In this document: piece by piece, positions 1 through 12,300 of the stretch
Layout of the letters: the number at the start of each line of letters is the position of its first letter
How positions within the stretch are numbered: position 1 is the stretch's first letter
Origin: Glaucostegus cemiculus
Lineage: Eukaryota
Direction of reading: 5' to 3'
Assembly: GCA_976551045.1 (NCBI GenBank)
Contig: CDPCPM010000133.1
Coordinates: forward strand, 2,356,001 to 2,420,000
Length of the DNA: 64,000 bases
Translations under genes and position numbers: made by a program
The notes under the pieces: generated by a model
Database searches by the model: none
The model's input: the letters and a program-made list of their open reading frames with translations, nothing else
Told to the model about the DNA's origin: nothing

Positions 1-353
1 GCCATGTGACTTCAATGCCTTTTCTTTTCTCCCCTTTCTCCTGTTCCTGGTCATGTGATCAGTCATGTAAAACAAAATAGTGAGAAATTAGCACAGGTAG
101 ATTCAGAACCCGAATTCTTCCACTCCTGATGTCCACAGGTAACAATCAGGAACAAGAGCATTAGCTCACTGATTTCCCAAACTACTCCTGAGGGATTAAG
201 ATCTAATTTGTAACGTTCCAAAATCCTGCTGTCTGAGATAGTAACCATCCCAGTCATCAGATTAACTACATTTTAATGTTGCAATTGATCTTCGGGTATA
301 TTGTCAAAATATCAACATTTCAAAAATATTCAAATCCCATAATAGTATTGTGA

Positions 354-362
354 ACTTACTGA
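354..362 (-). promoter_or_regulatory. 5' splice donor of the giant exon (phase 1)
   Basis: Minus strand TCA|GTAAGT is a perfect +1..+6 consensus, 11 codons after the last EGF Cys. The sequence beyond it is AT-rich and intron-like. Confidence 0.8.
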
Positions 363-3300
363 GTATAGCAATGGTGTGGTTATATCCATATTGACAGAGA
401 GATCCATAAGTAATACTTGGACATTGGCACACACAGTGATCTTTTGTTGTAGCACTTGAATTACAATTTCCTCCATTTAAACAGTGGCATTTGCTGCAAT
501 AGTCATTTACTGGACCCAAGGTAGACGTTGTAGGTTTTGGATGGGAGGAAACTGGCAAAGAAGAATAGACAGAACTGCTGGGATGAATTTTAGTTGCAGT
601 GGTTACAGTTCTCAATGGTACATTTCTTGATGATGCTACTTCAGTTGTTGAATAGGTTTCTGATGACGCTGCGGTTGTCCTTAATGCTTTGGTAGCTAGT
701 GAATGTGTTTCAGATGAAGGCTCAGTAACCAATGAAAATGATGAAGATGTAAGGTGGGATAAAGCTGGAGACACAGTTACTGATGAAACTTGTGTTGAAC
801 GTTGAGGGATATTGGTTGCAATTTCAGTGCTTGATGATCCCACTGATACTGGATGTGTTTGCATTGTTGTTGGAAAGGATTCTGCTGAGGACTGAGTTGA
901 CAAAGATAATATTGTTGTTGTTAACTCTGATTCTGATGGGGCCACAGTCACTGCTGAAACCTTTGTGGTTATTGGAAAAGCTGTAGTTGGAAGCTCAGTT
1001 GAAGAAGACTCCTGCATTATTGTTTGATGTGTTTCTGATGAGGAGGAAGTGATCGAAGATACTTCTGTTGTCAGATGGCTTTCTGATGACAATTCAATGT
1101 GCGATGAAACTACCGATGATGTGGAGTATGTTTCTCTTGAGGAGACAGTTAGCACTAGTGAAGTAGCTGTTGTTAAATGTGTTAATGATGGGGACTTACT
1201 TGTAACTGAGGTTCGTCTTGATAAATGAGATTCAGATGGCAATAAAGTTTCTGTTGAAGCTTCTGTTGTCTTAGAATGTGCAGAGGGAAAAGATTCCTGG
1301 GTAGTGGTGCGATGCATTTTCGTTTTGGAAACAGTGATCAATGACACTTCAGTTGTTGGATGTGATTCCGATGAAGATTTGGTGGTAGGTATGACTTGCG
1401 TTGACTCAGAGTAGATTGCCGCTGAGCTCTCAGTCACGAAAGGCAAAGTTGTTGCTGTTACATGTGTTTCTGATGGGGACACACTTTCTGAGGTAATTTT
1501 TGATGTGCTTGGATGGGTTTGTGTTGAGTGCTCTGTTCTTGCTGATTCATGTGTTGTGGGATGTGTTTCTGAGGGGGACGTTGTGGATGTAGATATCTCC
1601 GATATTGGATGGGTTTGTAATGACGGTGCAGTTGCCACTGATGATTCCGTTGATGGTGAATTTGTTTCTGATGTTAGTCGAGTAACCAGCGAAAATGATG
1701 AAGAGGGGAGATGCGATTCAGCTGGAGACACAGTTGCTGATGAAGCTTGTGTTGAGCTTTGATGGAGTTGCGTTGAATGTTCTGTCCTGGAGGATTCCAG
1801 TGTTGTTGGATGTGTCTCCGATGAAGGCTTGCTTGTTGATGATATGTGCGTTGTTGGTTGATAGGTCTCAGCTGAGGACTGAGTTGCCACTGATAATGGT
1901 GTTGGCGTTAAATGTATTTCTGATGGGGAAACAGTCACTGATGAAACCTCTGTTGTGCTTGGATAGGTTTGTGTTGAAAGTGTTGTTCTTGGTGATTCCT
2001 GGGTTTTTGTAGGAGTTTCAGGAGAGGACCCGGTGATTGTAGATGCTTCTATTGATGGATGTGTTTCTGATGAAGACGCGGTAATCGAAGATACTTCTGT
2101 TGTCAGGTGTCTTTCTGATGATGATTCAGTTGTCGATGAAACTATCGATGATGTGGAGTATGTTTGTGTTGAAGACTCGAATACCGGCGTTGAAGTGGCT
2201 GCTGTTGAATGTGATTCTGATGGGGTTTCAGTCGTCTCTGAGGTCTGTGTTGTTAAGTGCGTTTCTGATGGCAACGTGGTTTCTGCGGTGGCTTGCGTTG
2301 ACTTTGGATGTGCCGAGGTAAAAGGCTCCTGGGTAGTAGTTGCAGTTGAGGAGACGGTGGTTGATGACTCTGTTGTTGTTGGGTGTGATACGGATGAAGG
2401 TTCGGTGGTAGGTGTGACTTGGGTTGATTCAGAGAAGACTGCCGCTGAGCTCTCAGTTACCAAAGGTGATGTTGTTGCTGTTACATAGCTTTCTGAAGGG
2501 GATACACTTTGTGAGGAAATTTGTGTTGTGCTTGGATAGGTTTGTGTTGACTGTACTGTTCTTGATGATTCATGTGTTGTTGGATGTGTTTCTGAAGGCG
2601 ACGTTGTGGTCGTAGATATCTCCGATATTGGATGGGTTTGTGATGAAGGTTCAGTTGTCACGGAAGCTTCTGTTGTTGGATGTGATTCAGATGAAGACTC
2701 GGTGGTAGGTGTGACTTGCGTTGACTCAGAGTAGATTGTCGCTGAGCTCTCAGTCATGAAAGGCAAAGTTGTTGCTGTTACATGTGTTTCTGATGGGGAC
2801 ACACTTTCTGAGATAATTTTTGATGTGCTTGGATGGGTTTGTGTTGAGTGCTCTGTTCTTGCTGATTCATGTGTTGTGGGATGTGTTTCTGAGGAGGACG
2901 TTGTGGATGTAGACATCTCCGATATTGGATGGGTTTGCGATGACGGTTCAGTTGCCACTGATGATTCTGTTGATGATGAATTTGTTTCTGATGTTAGTCG
3001 AGTAACCAGTGAAAATGATGAGGAGGTGAGGTGCGATTCAGCTGGAGACACAGTTGCTGATGAAGCTTGTGTTGAGCTTTGATGGAGTTGCGTTGAATGT
3101 TCTGTACTGGATGATTCCAGTGTTGTTGGATGTGTTTCTGATGAAGGCTTGCTTGTTGATGATATGTGCGTTGTTGGTTGATAGGTCTCTGCGGAGGACT
3201 GAGTTGCCACTGATAATGGTGTTGGCGTTAAATGTATTTCTGATGGGGAAACAGTCACTGATGAAACCTCTGTTGTGCTTGGATAGGTTTGTGAAGAAAG

Positions 3301-6300
3301 TGTTGTTCTTGGTGATTCCTGGGTTTTTGTAGGAGTTTCAGGAGAGGACCTGGTGATTGTAGATGCTTCTGTTGATGGATGTGTTTCTGATGAAGATGCG
3401 GTAATCGAAGATACTTCTGTTGTCAGATGGCTTTCTGATGATGATTCAGTTGTCGATGAAACTATCGATGATGTGGAGTATGTTTGTGTTGAAGACTCGA
3501 ATACCAGCGTTGAAGTGGCTGCTGTTGAATGTGATTCTGATGGGGTTTCAGTCGTCTCTGAGGTCTGTGTTGTTAAGTGCGTTTCTGATGGCAACGTGGT
3601 TTCTGCGGTGGCTTGCGTTGACTTTGGATGTGCCGAGGTAAAAGGTTCCTGGGTAGCAGTTGCAGTTGAGGAGACGGTGGTTGATGACTCTGTTGTTGCT
3701 GGGTGTGATACGGATGAAGGTTCAGTGGTAGGTGTGACTTGGATTGATTCAGAGAAGACTGCCGCTGAGCTCTCAGTTACCAAAGGTGATGTTGTTGCTG
3801 TTACATGGCTTTCTGGAGGGGATACACTTTGTGAGGAAATTTGTGTTGTGCTTGGATAGGTTTGTGTTGACTGTACTGTTCTTGATGATTCATGTGTTGT
3901 TGGATGTGTTTCTGAAGGCGACGTTGTGGTCGTAGATATCTCCGATATTGGATGGGTTTGTGATGAAGGTTCAGTTGTCACGGAAGCTTCTGTTGTTGGA
4001 TGTGATTCAGATGAAGACTCGGTGGTAGGTGTGACTTGCGTTGCCTCAGAGTAGATTGTCGCTGAGCTCTCAGTCACGAAAGGCAAAGTTGTTGCTGTTA
4101 CATGTGTTTCTGATGGGGACATACTTTCTGAGATAATTTTTGATGTGCTTGGATGGGTTTGTGTTGAGTGCTCTGTTCTTGCTGATTCATGTGTTGTGGG
4201 TTGTGTTTCTGAGGAGGACGTTGTGGATGTAGATATCTCCGATATCGGATGGGTTTGCGATGACGGTTCAGTTGCCACTGATGATTCTGTTGATGGTGAA
4301 TTTGTTTCTGATGTTAGTCGAGTAACCAGTGAAAATGATGAGGAGGTGAGGTGCGATTCAGCTGGAGACACAGTTGCTGATGAAGCTTGTGTTGAGCTTT
4401 GATGGAGTTGCGTTGAATGTTCTGTACTGGATGATTCCAGTGTTGTTGGATGTGTTTCTGATGAAGGCTTGCTTGTTGATGATATGTGCGTTGTTGGTTG
4501 ATAGGTCTCAGCTGAGGACTGAGTTGCCACTGATAATGGTGTTGGCGTTAAATGTATTTCTGATGGGGAAACAGTCACTGATGAAACCTCTGTTGTGCTT
4601 GGATAGGTTTGTGTTGAAAGTGTTGTTCTTGGTGATTCCTGGGTTTTTGTAGGAGTTTCAGGAGAGGACCCGGTGATTGTAGATGCTTCTATTGATGGAT
4701 GTGTTTCTGATGAAGACGCGGTAATCGAAGATACTTCTGTTGTCAGATGGCTTTCTGATGATGATTCAGTTGTCGATGAAACTATCGATGATGTGGAGTA
4801 TGTTTGTGTTGAAGACTCGAATACCGGCGTTGAAGTGGCTGCTGTTGAATGTGATTCTGATGGGGTTTCAGTCGTCTCTGAGGTCTGTGTTGTTAAGTGC
4901 GTTTCTGATGGCAACGTGGTTTCTGCGGTGGCTTGCGTTGACTTTGGATGTGCCGAGGTAAAAGGCTCCTGGGTAGTAGTTGCAGTTGAGGAGACGGTGG
5001 TTGATGACTCTGTTGTTGTTGGGTGTGATACGGATGAAGGTTCGGTGGTAGGTGTGACTTGGGTTGATTCAGAGAAGACTGCCGCTGAGCTCTCAGTTAC
5101 CAAAGGTGATGTTGTTGCTGTTACATGGCTTTCTGAAGGGGATACACTTTGTGAGGAAAATTGTGTTGTGCTTGGATAGGTTTGTGTTGACTGTACTGTT
5201 CTTGATGATTCATGTGTTGTTGGATGTGTTTCTAAAGGCGACGTTGTGGTCGTAGATATCTCCGATATTGGATGGATTTGTGATGAAGGTTCAGTTGTCA
5301 CGGAAGCTTCTGTTGTTGGATGTGATTCAGATGAAGACTCGGTGGTAGGTGTGACTTGCGTTGACTCAGAGTAGATTGTCGCTGAGCTCTCAGTCATGAA
5401 AGGCAAAGTTGTTGCTGTTACATGTGTTTCTGATGGGGACACACTTTCTGAGATAATTTTTGATGTGCTTGGATGGGTTTGTGTTGAGTGCTCTGTTCTT
5501 GCTGATTCATGTGTTGTGGGATGTGTTTCTGAGGAGGACGTTGTGGATGTAGACATCTCCGATATTGGATGGGTTTGCGATGACGGTTCAGTTGCCAATG
5601 ATGATTCTGTTGATGGTGAATTTGTTTCTGATGTTAGTCGAGTAACCAGTGAAAATGATGAGGAGGTGAGGTGCGATTCAGCTGGAGACACAGATGCTGA
5701 TGAAGCTTGTGTTGAGCTTTGATGGAGTTGCGTTGAATGTTCTGTACTGGATGATTCCAGTGTTGTTGGATGTGTTTCTGACGAAGGCTTGCTTGTTGAT
5801 GATATGTGCGTTGTTGGTTGATAGGTCTCTGCGGAGGACTGAGTTGCCACTGATAATGGTGTTGGCGTTAAATGTATTTCTGATGGGGAAACAGTCACTG
5901 ATGAAACCTCTGTTGTGCTTGGATAGGTTTGTGAAGAAAGTGTTGTTCTTGGTGATTCCTGGGTTTTTGTAGGAGTTTCAGGAGAGGACCTGGTGATTGT
6001 AGATGCTTCTGTTGATGGATGTGTTTCTGATGAGGACGCGGTAATCGAAGATACTTCTGTTGTCAGATGGCTTTCTGATGATGATTCAGTTGTCGATGAA
6101 ACTATCGATGATGTGGAGTATGTTTGTGTTGAAGACTCGAATACCGGCGTTGAAGTGGCTGCTGTTGAATGTGATTCTGATGGGGTTTCTGTCGTCTCTG
6201 AGGTCTGTGTTGTTAAGTGCGTTTCTGATGGCAACGTGGTTTCTGCGGTGGCTTGCGTTGACTTTGGATGTGCCGAGGTAAAATGTTCCTGGGTAGTAGT

Positions 6301-9300
6301 TTCAGTTGAGGAGACGGTGGTTGATGACTCTGTTGTTGTTGGATGTGATACAGATGAAGGTTCGGTGGTAGGTGTGACTTGGGTTGATTCAGAGAAGACT
6401 GCCGCTGAGCTCTCAGTTACCAAAGGTGATGTTGTTGCTGTTACATGGCTTTCAGACGGGGATACACTTTGTGAGGAAATTTGTGTTGTGCTTGGATAGG
6501 TTTGTGTTGACTGTACTGTTCTTGATGATTCATGTGTTGTTGGATGTGTTTCTGAAGGCGACATTGTGGTCGTAGAGATCTCTGATATCGGATGGGTTTG
6601 TGATGAAGGTTCAGTTGTCACGGAAGCTTCTGTTGTTGGATGTGTTTGTGAGGAGGACGCGGTAATCGTAGATACTTCAGCTGTCGGATGGCTTTCTGAT
6701 GATGATGATTCAATTTTTGACGAAACTACCGTTGATGTGGAGTATTTTTGTGTTGAGGACTCAGTCACCAGGGATCGAGTTGCTGTTGATAAATGAGTTT
6801 CTGACGGCGAGATAGTTTCGGACGAGGCTACTGCTGTACTTGTGTGGGTTTGTGTTGGCAATTCTGTACTTGGTGATTCCTGCGATGTTGGCTGTGTTTC
6901 TGCTGAGGCCGGTGTTGTTGATGATGCTTGTCTTCTTTTGGGTGTTTGTGATGAATATTGTGTTGTGGCTGTCTCTTCTGTTTTGCTCGGATATGTTGCT
7001 GATGGTGTCTCAGTTACTGCTGAGGTTGGTGTTGCTGAATGTGTTTCTGATGGCAAAATCTCTTCAGTGGAGGCCTTTGTTGTCTTTGGATGTGCCGAGG
7101 TAGAAGGTTCCTGGGTGCGATGTGTTTCAGTTGAGAAGACGGGGGTTGATGACTCTTCTGTTGTTGGATGTGATTCAGATGAAGACTCGGTGGTAGGTGT
7201 GACTTGCGTTGACCCAGAGTAGATTGCCGCTGAGCTCTCAGTCACGAAAGGCAAAGTTGTTGCTGTTACATGTGTTTCTGATGGGGACACACTTTCTGAG
7301 ATAACTTTTGATGTGCTTGGATGGGTTTGTGTTGAGTGCTCTGTTCTTGCTGATTCATGTGTTGTGGGATGTGTTTCTGAGGAGGATGTTGTGGATGTAG
7401 ACATCTCCGATATTGGATGGGTTTGCGATGACGGTTCATTTGCCACTGATGATTCTGTTGATGGTGAATTTGTTTCTGATGTCAGTGGAGTAATCAGTGA
7501 AAATGATGAGGAGGTGAGGTGCGATTCAGCTGGAGACACAGTTGCTGATGAAGCTTGTGTTGAGCTTTGATGGAGTTGCGTTGAATGTTCTGTCCTGGAT
7601 GATTCCAGTGTTGTTGGATGTGTTTCTGATGAAGGCTTGCTTGTTGATGATATGTGCGTTGTTGGTTGATAGGTCTCTGCGGAGGTCTGAGTTGCCACTG
7701 ATAATGGTGTTGGCGTTAAATGTATTTCTGATGGGGAAACAGTCACTGATGAAACCTCTGTTGTGCTTGGATAGGTTTGTGAAGAAAGTGTTGTTCTTGG
7801 TGATTCCTGGGTTTTTGTAGGAGTTTCAGGAGAGGACCTGGTGATTGTAGATGCTTCTGTTGATGGATGTGTTTCTGATGAAGACGCGGTAATCGAAGAT
7901 ACTTCTGTTTTCAGATGGCTTTCTGATGATGATTCAGTTGTCGATGAAACTATCGATGATGTGGAGTATGTTTGTGTTGAAGACTCGAATACCGGCGTTG
8001 AAGTGGCTGCTGTTGAATGTGATTCTGATGGGGTTTCAGTCGTCTCTGAGGTCTGTGTTGTTAAGTGCGTCTCTGATGGCAACGTGGTTTCTGCGGTGGC
8101 TTGCGTTGACTTTGGATGTGCCGAGGTAAAAGGTTCCTGGGTAGTAGTTGCAGTTGAGGAGACGGTGGTTGATGACTCTGTTGTTGCTGGGTGTGATACG
8201 GATGAAGGTTCGGTGGTAGGTGTGACTTGGATTGATTCAGAGAAGACTGCCGCTGAGCTCTCAGTTACCAAAGGTGATGTTGTTGCTGTTATAAGGCTTT
8301 CTGAAGGGGATACACTTTGTGAGGAAATTTGTGTTGTGCTTGGATAGGTTTGTGTTGACTGTACTGTTCTTGATGATTCATGTGTTGTTGGATGTGTTTC
8401 TGAAGGCGACGTTGTGGTCGTAGATATCTCCGATATTGGATGGGTTTGTGATGAAGGTTCAGTTGTCACGGAAGCTTCTGTTGTTGGATGTGATTCAGAT
8501 GAAGACTCGGTGGTAGGTGTGACTTGCGTTGCCTCAGAGTAGATTGTCGCTGAGCTCTCAGTCATGAAAGGCAAAGTTGTTGCTGTTACATGTGTTTCTG
8601 ATGGGGACACACTTTCTGAGATAATTTTTGATGTGCTTGGATGGGTTTGTGTTGAGTGCTCTGTTCTTGCTGATTCATGTGTTGTGGGATGCGTTTCTGA
8701 GTAGGATGTTGTGGATGTAGATATCTCCGATATTGGATGGGTTTGCGATGAGGGTTCAGTTGCCACTGATAATTCTGTTGATGGTGAATTTGTTTCTGAT
8801 GTTAGTCGAGTAACCAGTGAAAATGATGAGGAGGTGAGGTGCGATTCAGCTGGAGACACAGTTGCTGATGAAGCTTGTGTTGAGCTTTGATGGAGTTGCG
8901 TTGAATGTTCTGTACTGGATGATTCCAGTGTTGTTGGATGTGTTTCTGATGAAGGCTTGCTTGTTGATGATATGTGCGTTGTTGGTTGATAGGTCTCAGC
9001 TGAGGACTGAGTTGCCACTGATAATGGTGTTGGCGTTAAATGTATTTCTGATGGGGAAACAGTCACTGATGAAACCTCTGTTGTGCTTGGATAGGTTTGT
9101 GTTGAAAGTGTTGTTCTTGGTGATTCCTGGGTTTTTGTAGGAGTTTCAGGAGAGGACCCGGTGATTGTAGATGATTCTATTGATGGATGTGTTTCTGATG
9201 AAGACGCGGTAATCGAAGATACTTCTGTTGTCAGATGGCTTTCTGATGATGATTCAGTTGTCGATGAAACTATCGATGATGTGGAGTATGTTTGTGTTGA

Positions 9301-12300
9301 AGACTCGAATACCGGCGTTGAAGTGGCTGCTGTTGAATGTGATTCTGATGGGATTTCAGTCGTCTCTGAGGTCTGTGTTGTTAAGTGCGTTTCTGATGGC
9401 AACGTGGTTTCTGCGGTGGCTAGCGTTGACTTTGGATGTGCCGAGGTAAAATGTTCCTGGGTAGTAGTTTCAGTTGAGGAGACGGTGGTTGATGACTCTG
9501 TTGTTGTTGGATGTGATACAGATGAAGGTTCGGTGGTAGGTGTGACTTGGGTTGATTCAGAGAAGACTGCCGCTGAGCTCTCAGTTACAAAAGGTGATGT
9601 TGTTGCTGTTACATGGCTTTCTGAAGGGGATACACTTTGTGAGGAAATTTGTGTTGTGCTTGGATAGGTTTGTGTTGACTGCACTGTTCTTGAAGATTCA
9701 TGTGTTGTTGGATGTGTTTCTGAAGGCGACAATGTGGTCGTAGAGATCTCTGATATCGGATGGGTTTGTGATGAAGGTTCAGTTGTCACGGAAGCTTCTG
9801 TTGTTGGATGTGTTTGTGAGGAGGACGCGGTAATCGTAGATACTTCAGCTGTCGGATGGCTTTCTGATGATGATGATTCAATTTTTGACGAAACTACCGT
9901 TGATGTGGAGTATTTTTGTGTTGAGGACTCAGTCACCAGGGATCGAGTTGCTGTTGATAAATGAGTTTCTGACGGCGAGATAGTTTCGGACGAGGCTACT
10001 GCTGTACTTGTGTGGGTTTGTGTTGGCAATTCTGTACTTGGTGATTCCTGCGATGTTGGCTGTGTTTCTGCTGAGGCCGGTGTTGTTGATGATGCTTGTC
10101 TTCTTTTGGGTGTTTGTGATGAATATTGTGTTGTGGCTGTCTCTTCTGTTTTGCTCGGATATGTTGCTGATGGTGTCTCAGTTACTGCTGAGGTTGGTGT
10201 TGCTGAATGTGTTTCTGATGGCAAAATCTCCTCAGTGGAGGCCTTTGTTGTCTTTGGATGTGCCGAGGTAGAAGGTTCCTGGGTGCGATGTGTTTCAGTT
10301 GAGAAGACGGTGGTTGATGACTCTTCTGTTGTTGGATGTGATTCAGATGAAGACTCGGTGGTAGGTGTGACTTGCGTTGACCCAGAGTAGATTGCCGCTG
10401 AGCTTTCAGTCACGAAAGGCAAAGTTGTTGCTGTTACATGTGTTTCTGATGGGGACACACTTTCTGAGATAATTTTTGATGTGCTTGGATGGGTTTGTGT
10501 TGAGTGCTCTGTTCTTGCTGATTCATGTGTTGTGGGATGTGTTTCTGAGGAGGACGTTGTGGATGTAGATATCTCCGATATTGGATGGGTTTGCGAGGAC
10601 GGTTCAGTTGCCCCTGATGATTCTGTTGATGGTGAATTTGTTTCTGATGTCAGTGGAGTAATCAGTGAAAATGATGAGGAGGTGAGGTGCGATTCAGCTG
10701 GAGACACAGTTGCTGATGAAGCTTGTGTTGAGCTTTGATGGAGTTGCGTTGAATGTTCTGTACTGGATGATTCCAGTGTTGTTGGATGTGTTTCTGATGA
10801 AGGCTTGCTTGTTGATGATATGTGCGTTGTTGGTTGATAGGTCTCTGCGGAGGACTGAGTTGCCACTGATAATGGTGTTGGCGTTAAATCTATTTCTGAT
10901 GGGGAAACAGTCACTGATGAAACCTCTGTTGTGCTTGGATAGGTTTGTGAAGAAAGTGTTGTTCTTGGTGATTCCTGGGTTTTTGTAGGAGTTTCAGGAG
11001 AGGACCTGGTGATTGTAGATGCTTCTGTTGATGGATGTGTTTCTGATGAAGACGCGGTAATCGAAGATACTTCTGTTGTCAGATGGCTTTCTGATGATGA
11101 TTCAGTTGTCGATGAAACTATCGATGATGTGGAGTATGTTTGTGTTGAAGACTCGAATACCGGCGTTGAAGTGGCTGCTGTTGAATGTGATTCTGATGGG
11201 GTTTCAGTCGTCTCTGAGGTCTGTGTTGTTAAGTGCGTTTCTGATGGCAACGTGGTTTCTGCGGTGGCTTGCGTTGACTTTGGATGTGCCGAGGTAAAAG
11301 GTTCCTGGGTAGTAGTTGCAGTTGAGGAGACGGTGGTTGATGACTCTGTTGTTGTTGGGTGTGATACGGATGAAGGTTCGGTGGTAGGTGTGACTTGGGT
11401 TGATTCAGAGAAGACTGCAGCTGAGCTCTCAGTTACCAAAGGTGATGTTGTTGCTGTTATAAGGCTTTCTGAAGGGGATACACTTTGTGAGGAAATTTGT
11501 GTTGTGCTTGGATAGGTTTGTGTTGACTGTACTGTTCTTGATGATTCATGTGTTGTTGGATGTGTTTCTGAAGGCGACGTTGTGGTCGTAGATATCTCCG
11601 ATATTGGATGGGTTTGTGATGAAGGTTCAGTTGTCACGGAAGCTTCTGTTGTTGGATGTGATTCAGATGAAGACTCGGTGGTAGGTGTGACTTGCGTTGC
11701 CTCAGAGTAGATTGTCGCTGAGCTCTCAGTCATGAAAGGCAAAGTTGTTGCTGTTACATGTGTTTCTGATGGGGACACACTTTCTGAGATAATTTTTGAT
11801 GTGCTTGGATGGGTTTGTGTTGAGTGCTCTGTTCTTGCTGATTCATGTGTTGTGGGATGTGTTTCTGAGGAGGATGTTGTGGATGTAGATATCTCCGATA
11901 TTGGATGGGTTTGCGATGAGGGTTCAGTTGCCACTGATAATTCTGTTGATGGTGAATTTGTTTCTGATGTTAGTCGAGTAACCAGTGAAAATGATGAGGA
12001 GGTGAGGTGCGATTCAGCTGGAGACACAGTTGCTGATGAAGCTTGTGTTGAGCTTTGATGGAGTTGCGTTGAATGTTCTGTACTGGATGATTCCAGTGTT
12101 GTTGGATGTGTCTCCGATGAAGGCTTGCTTGTTGATGATATGTGCGTTGTTGGTTGATAGGTCTCAGCTGAGGACTGAGTTGCCACTGGTAATGGTGTTG
12201 GCGTTAAATGTATTTCTGATGGGGAAACAGTCACTGATGAAACCTCTGTTGTGTTTGGATAGGTTTGTGTTGAAAGTGTTGTTCTTGGTGATTCCTGGGT

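Noticed and set aside
63-257. 64-aa ORF as the next (SEA) exon
   Set aside because: No SEA-like sequence and no convincing acceptor/donor pair; it looks intronic.
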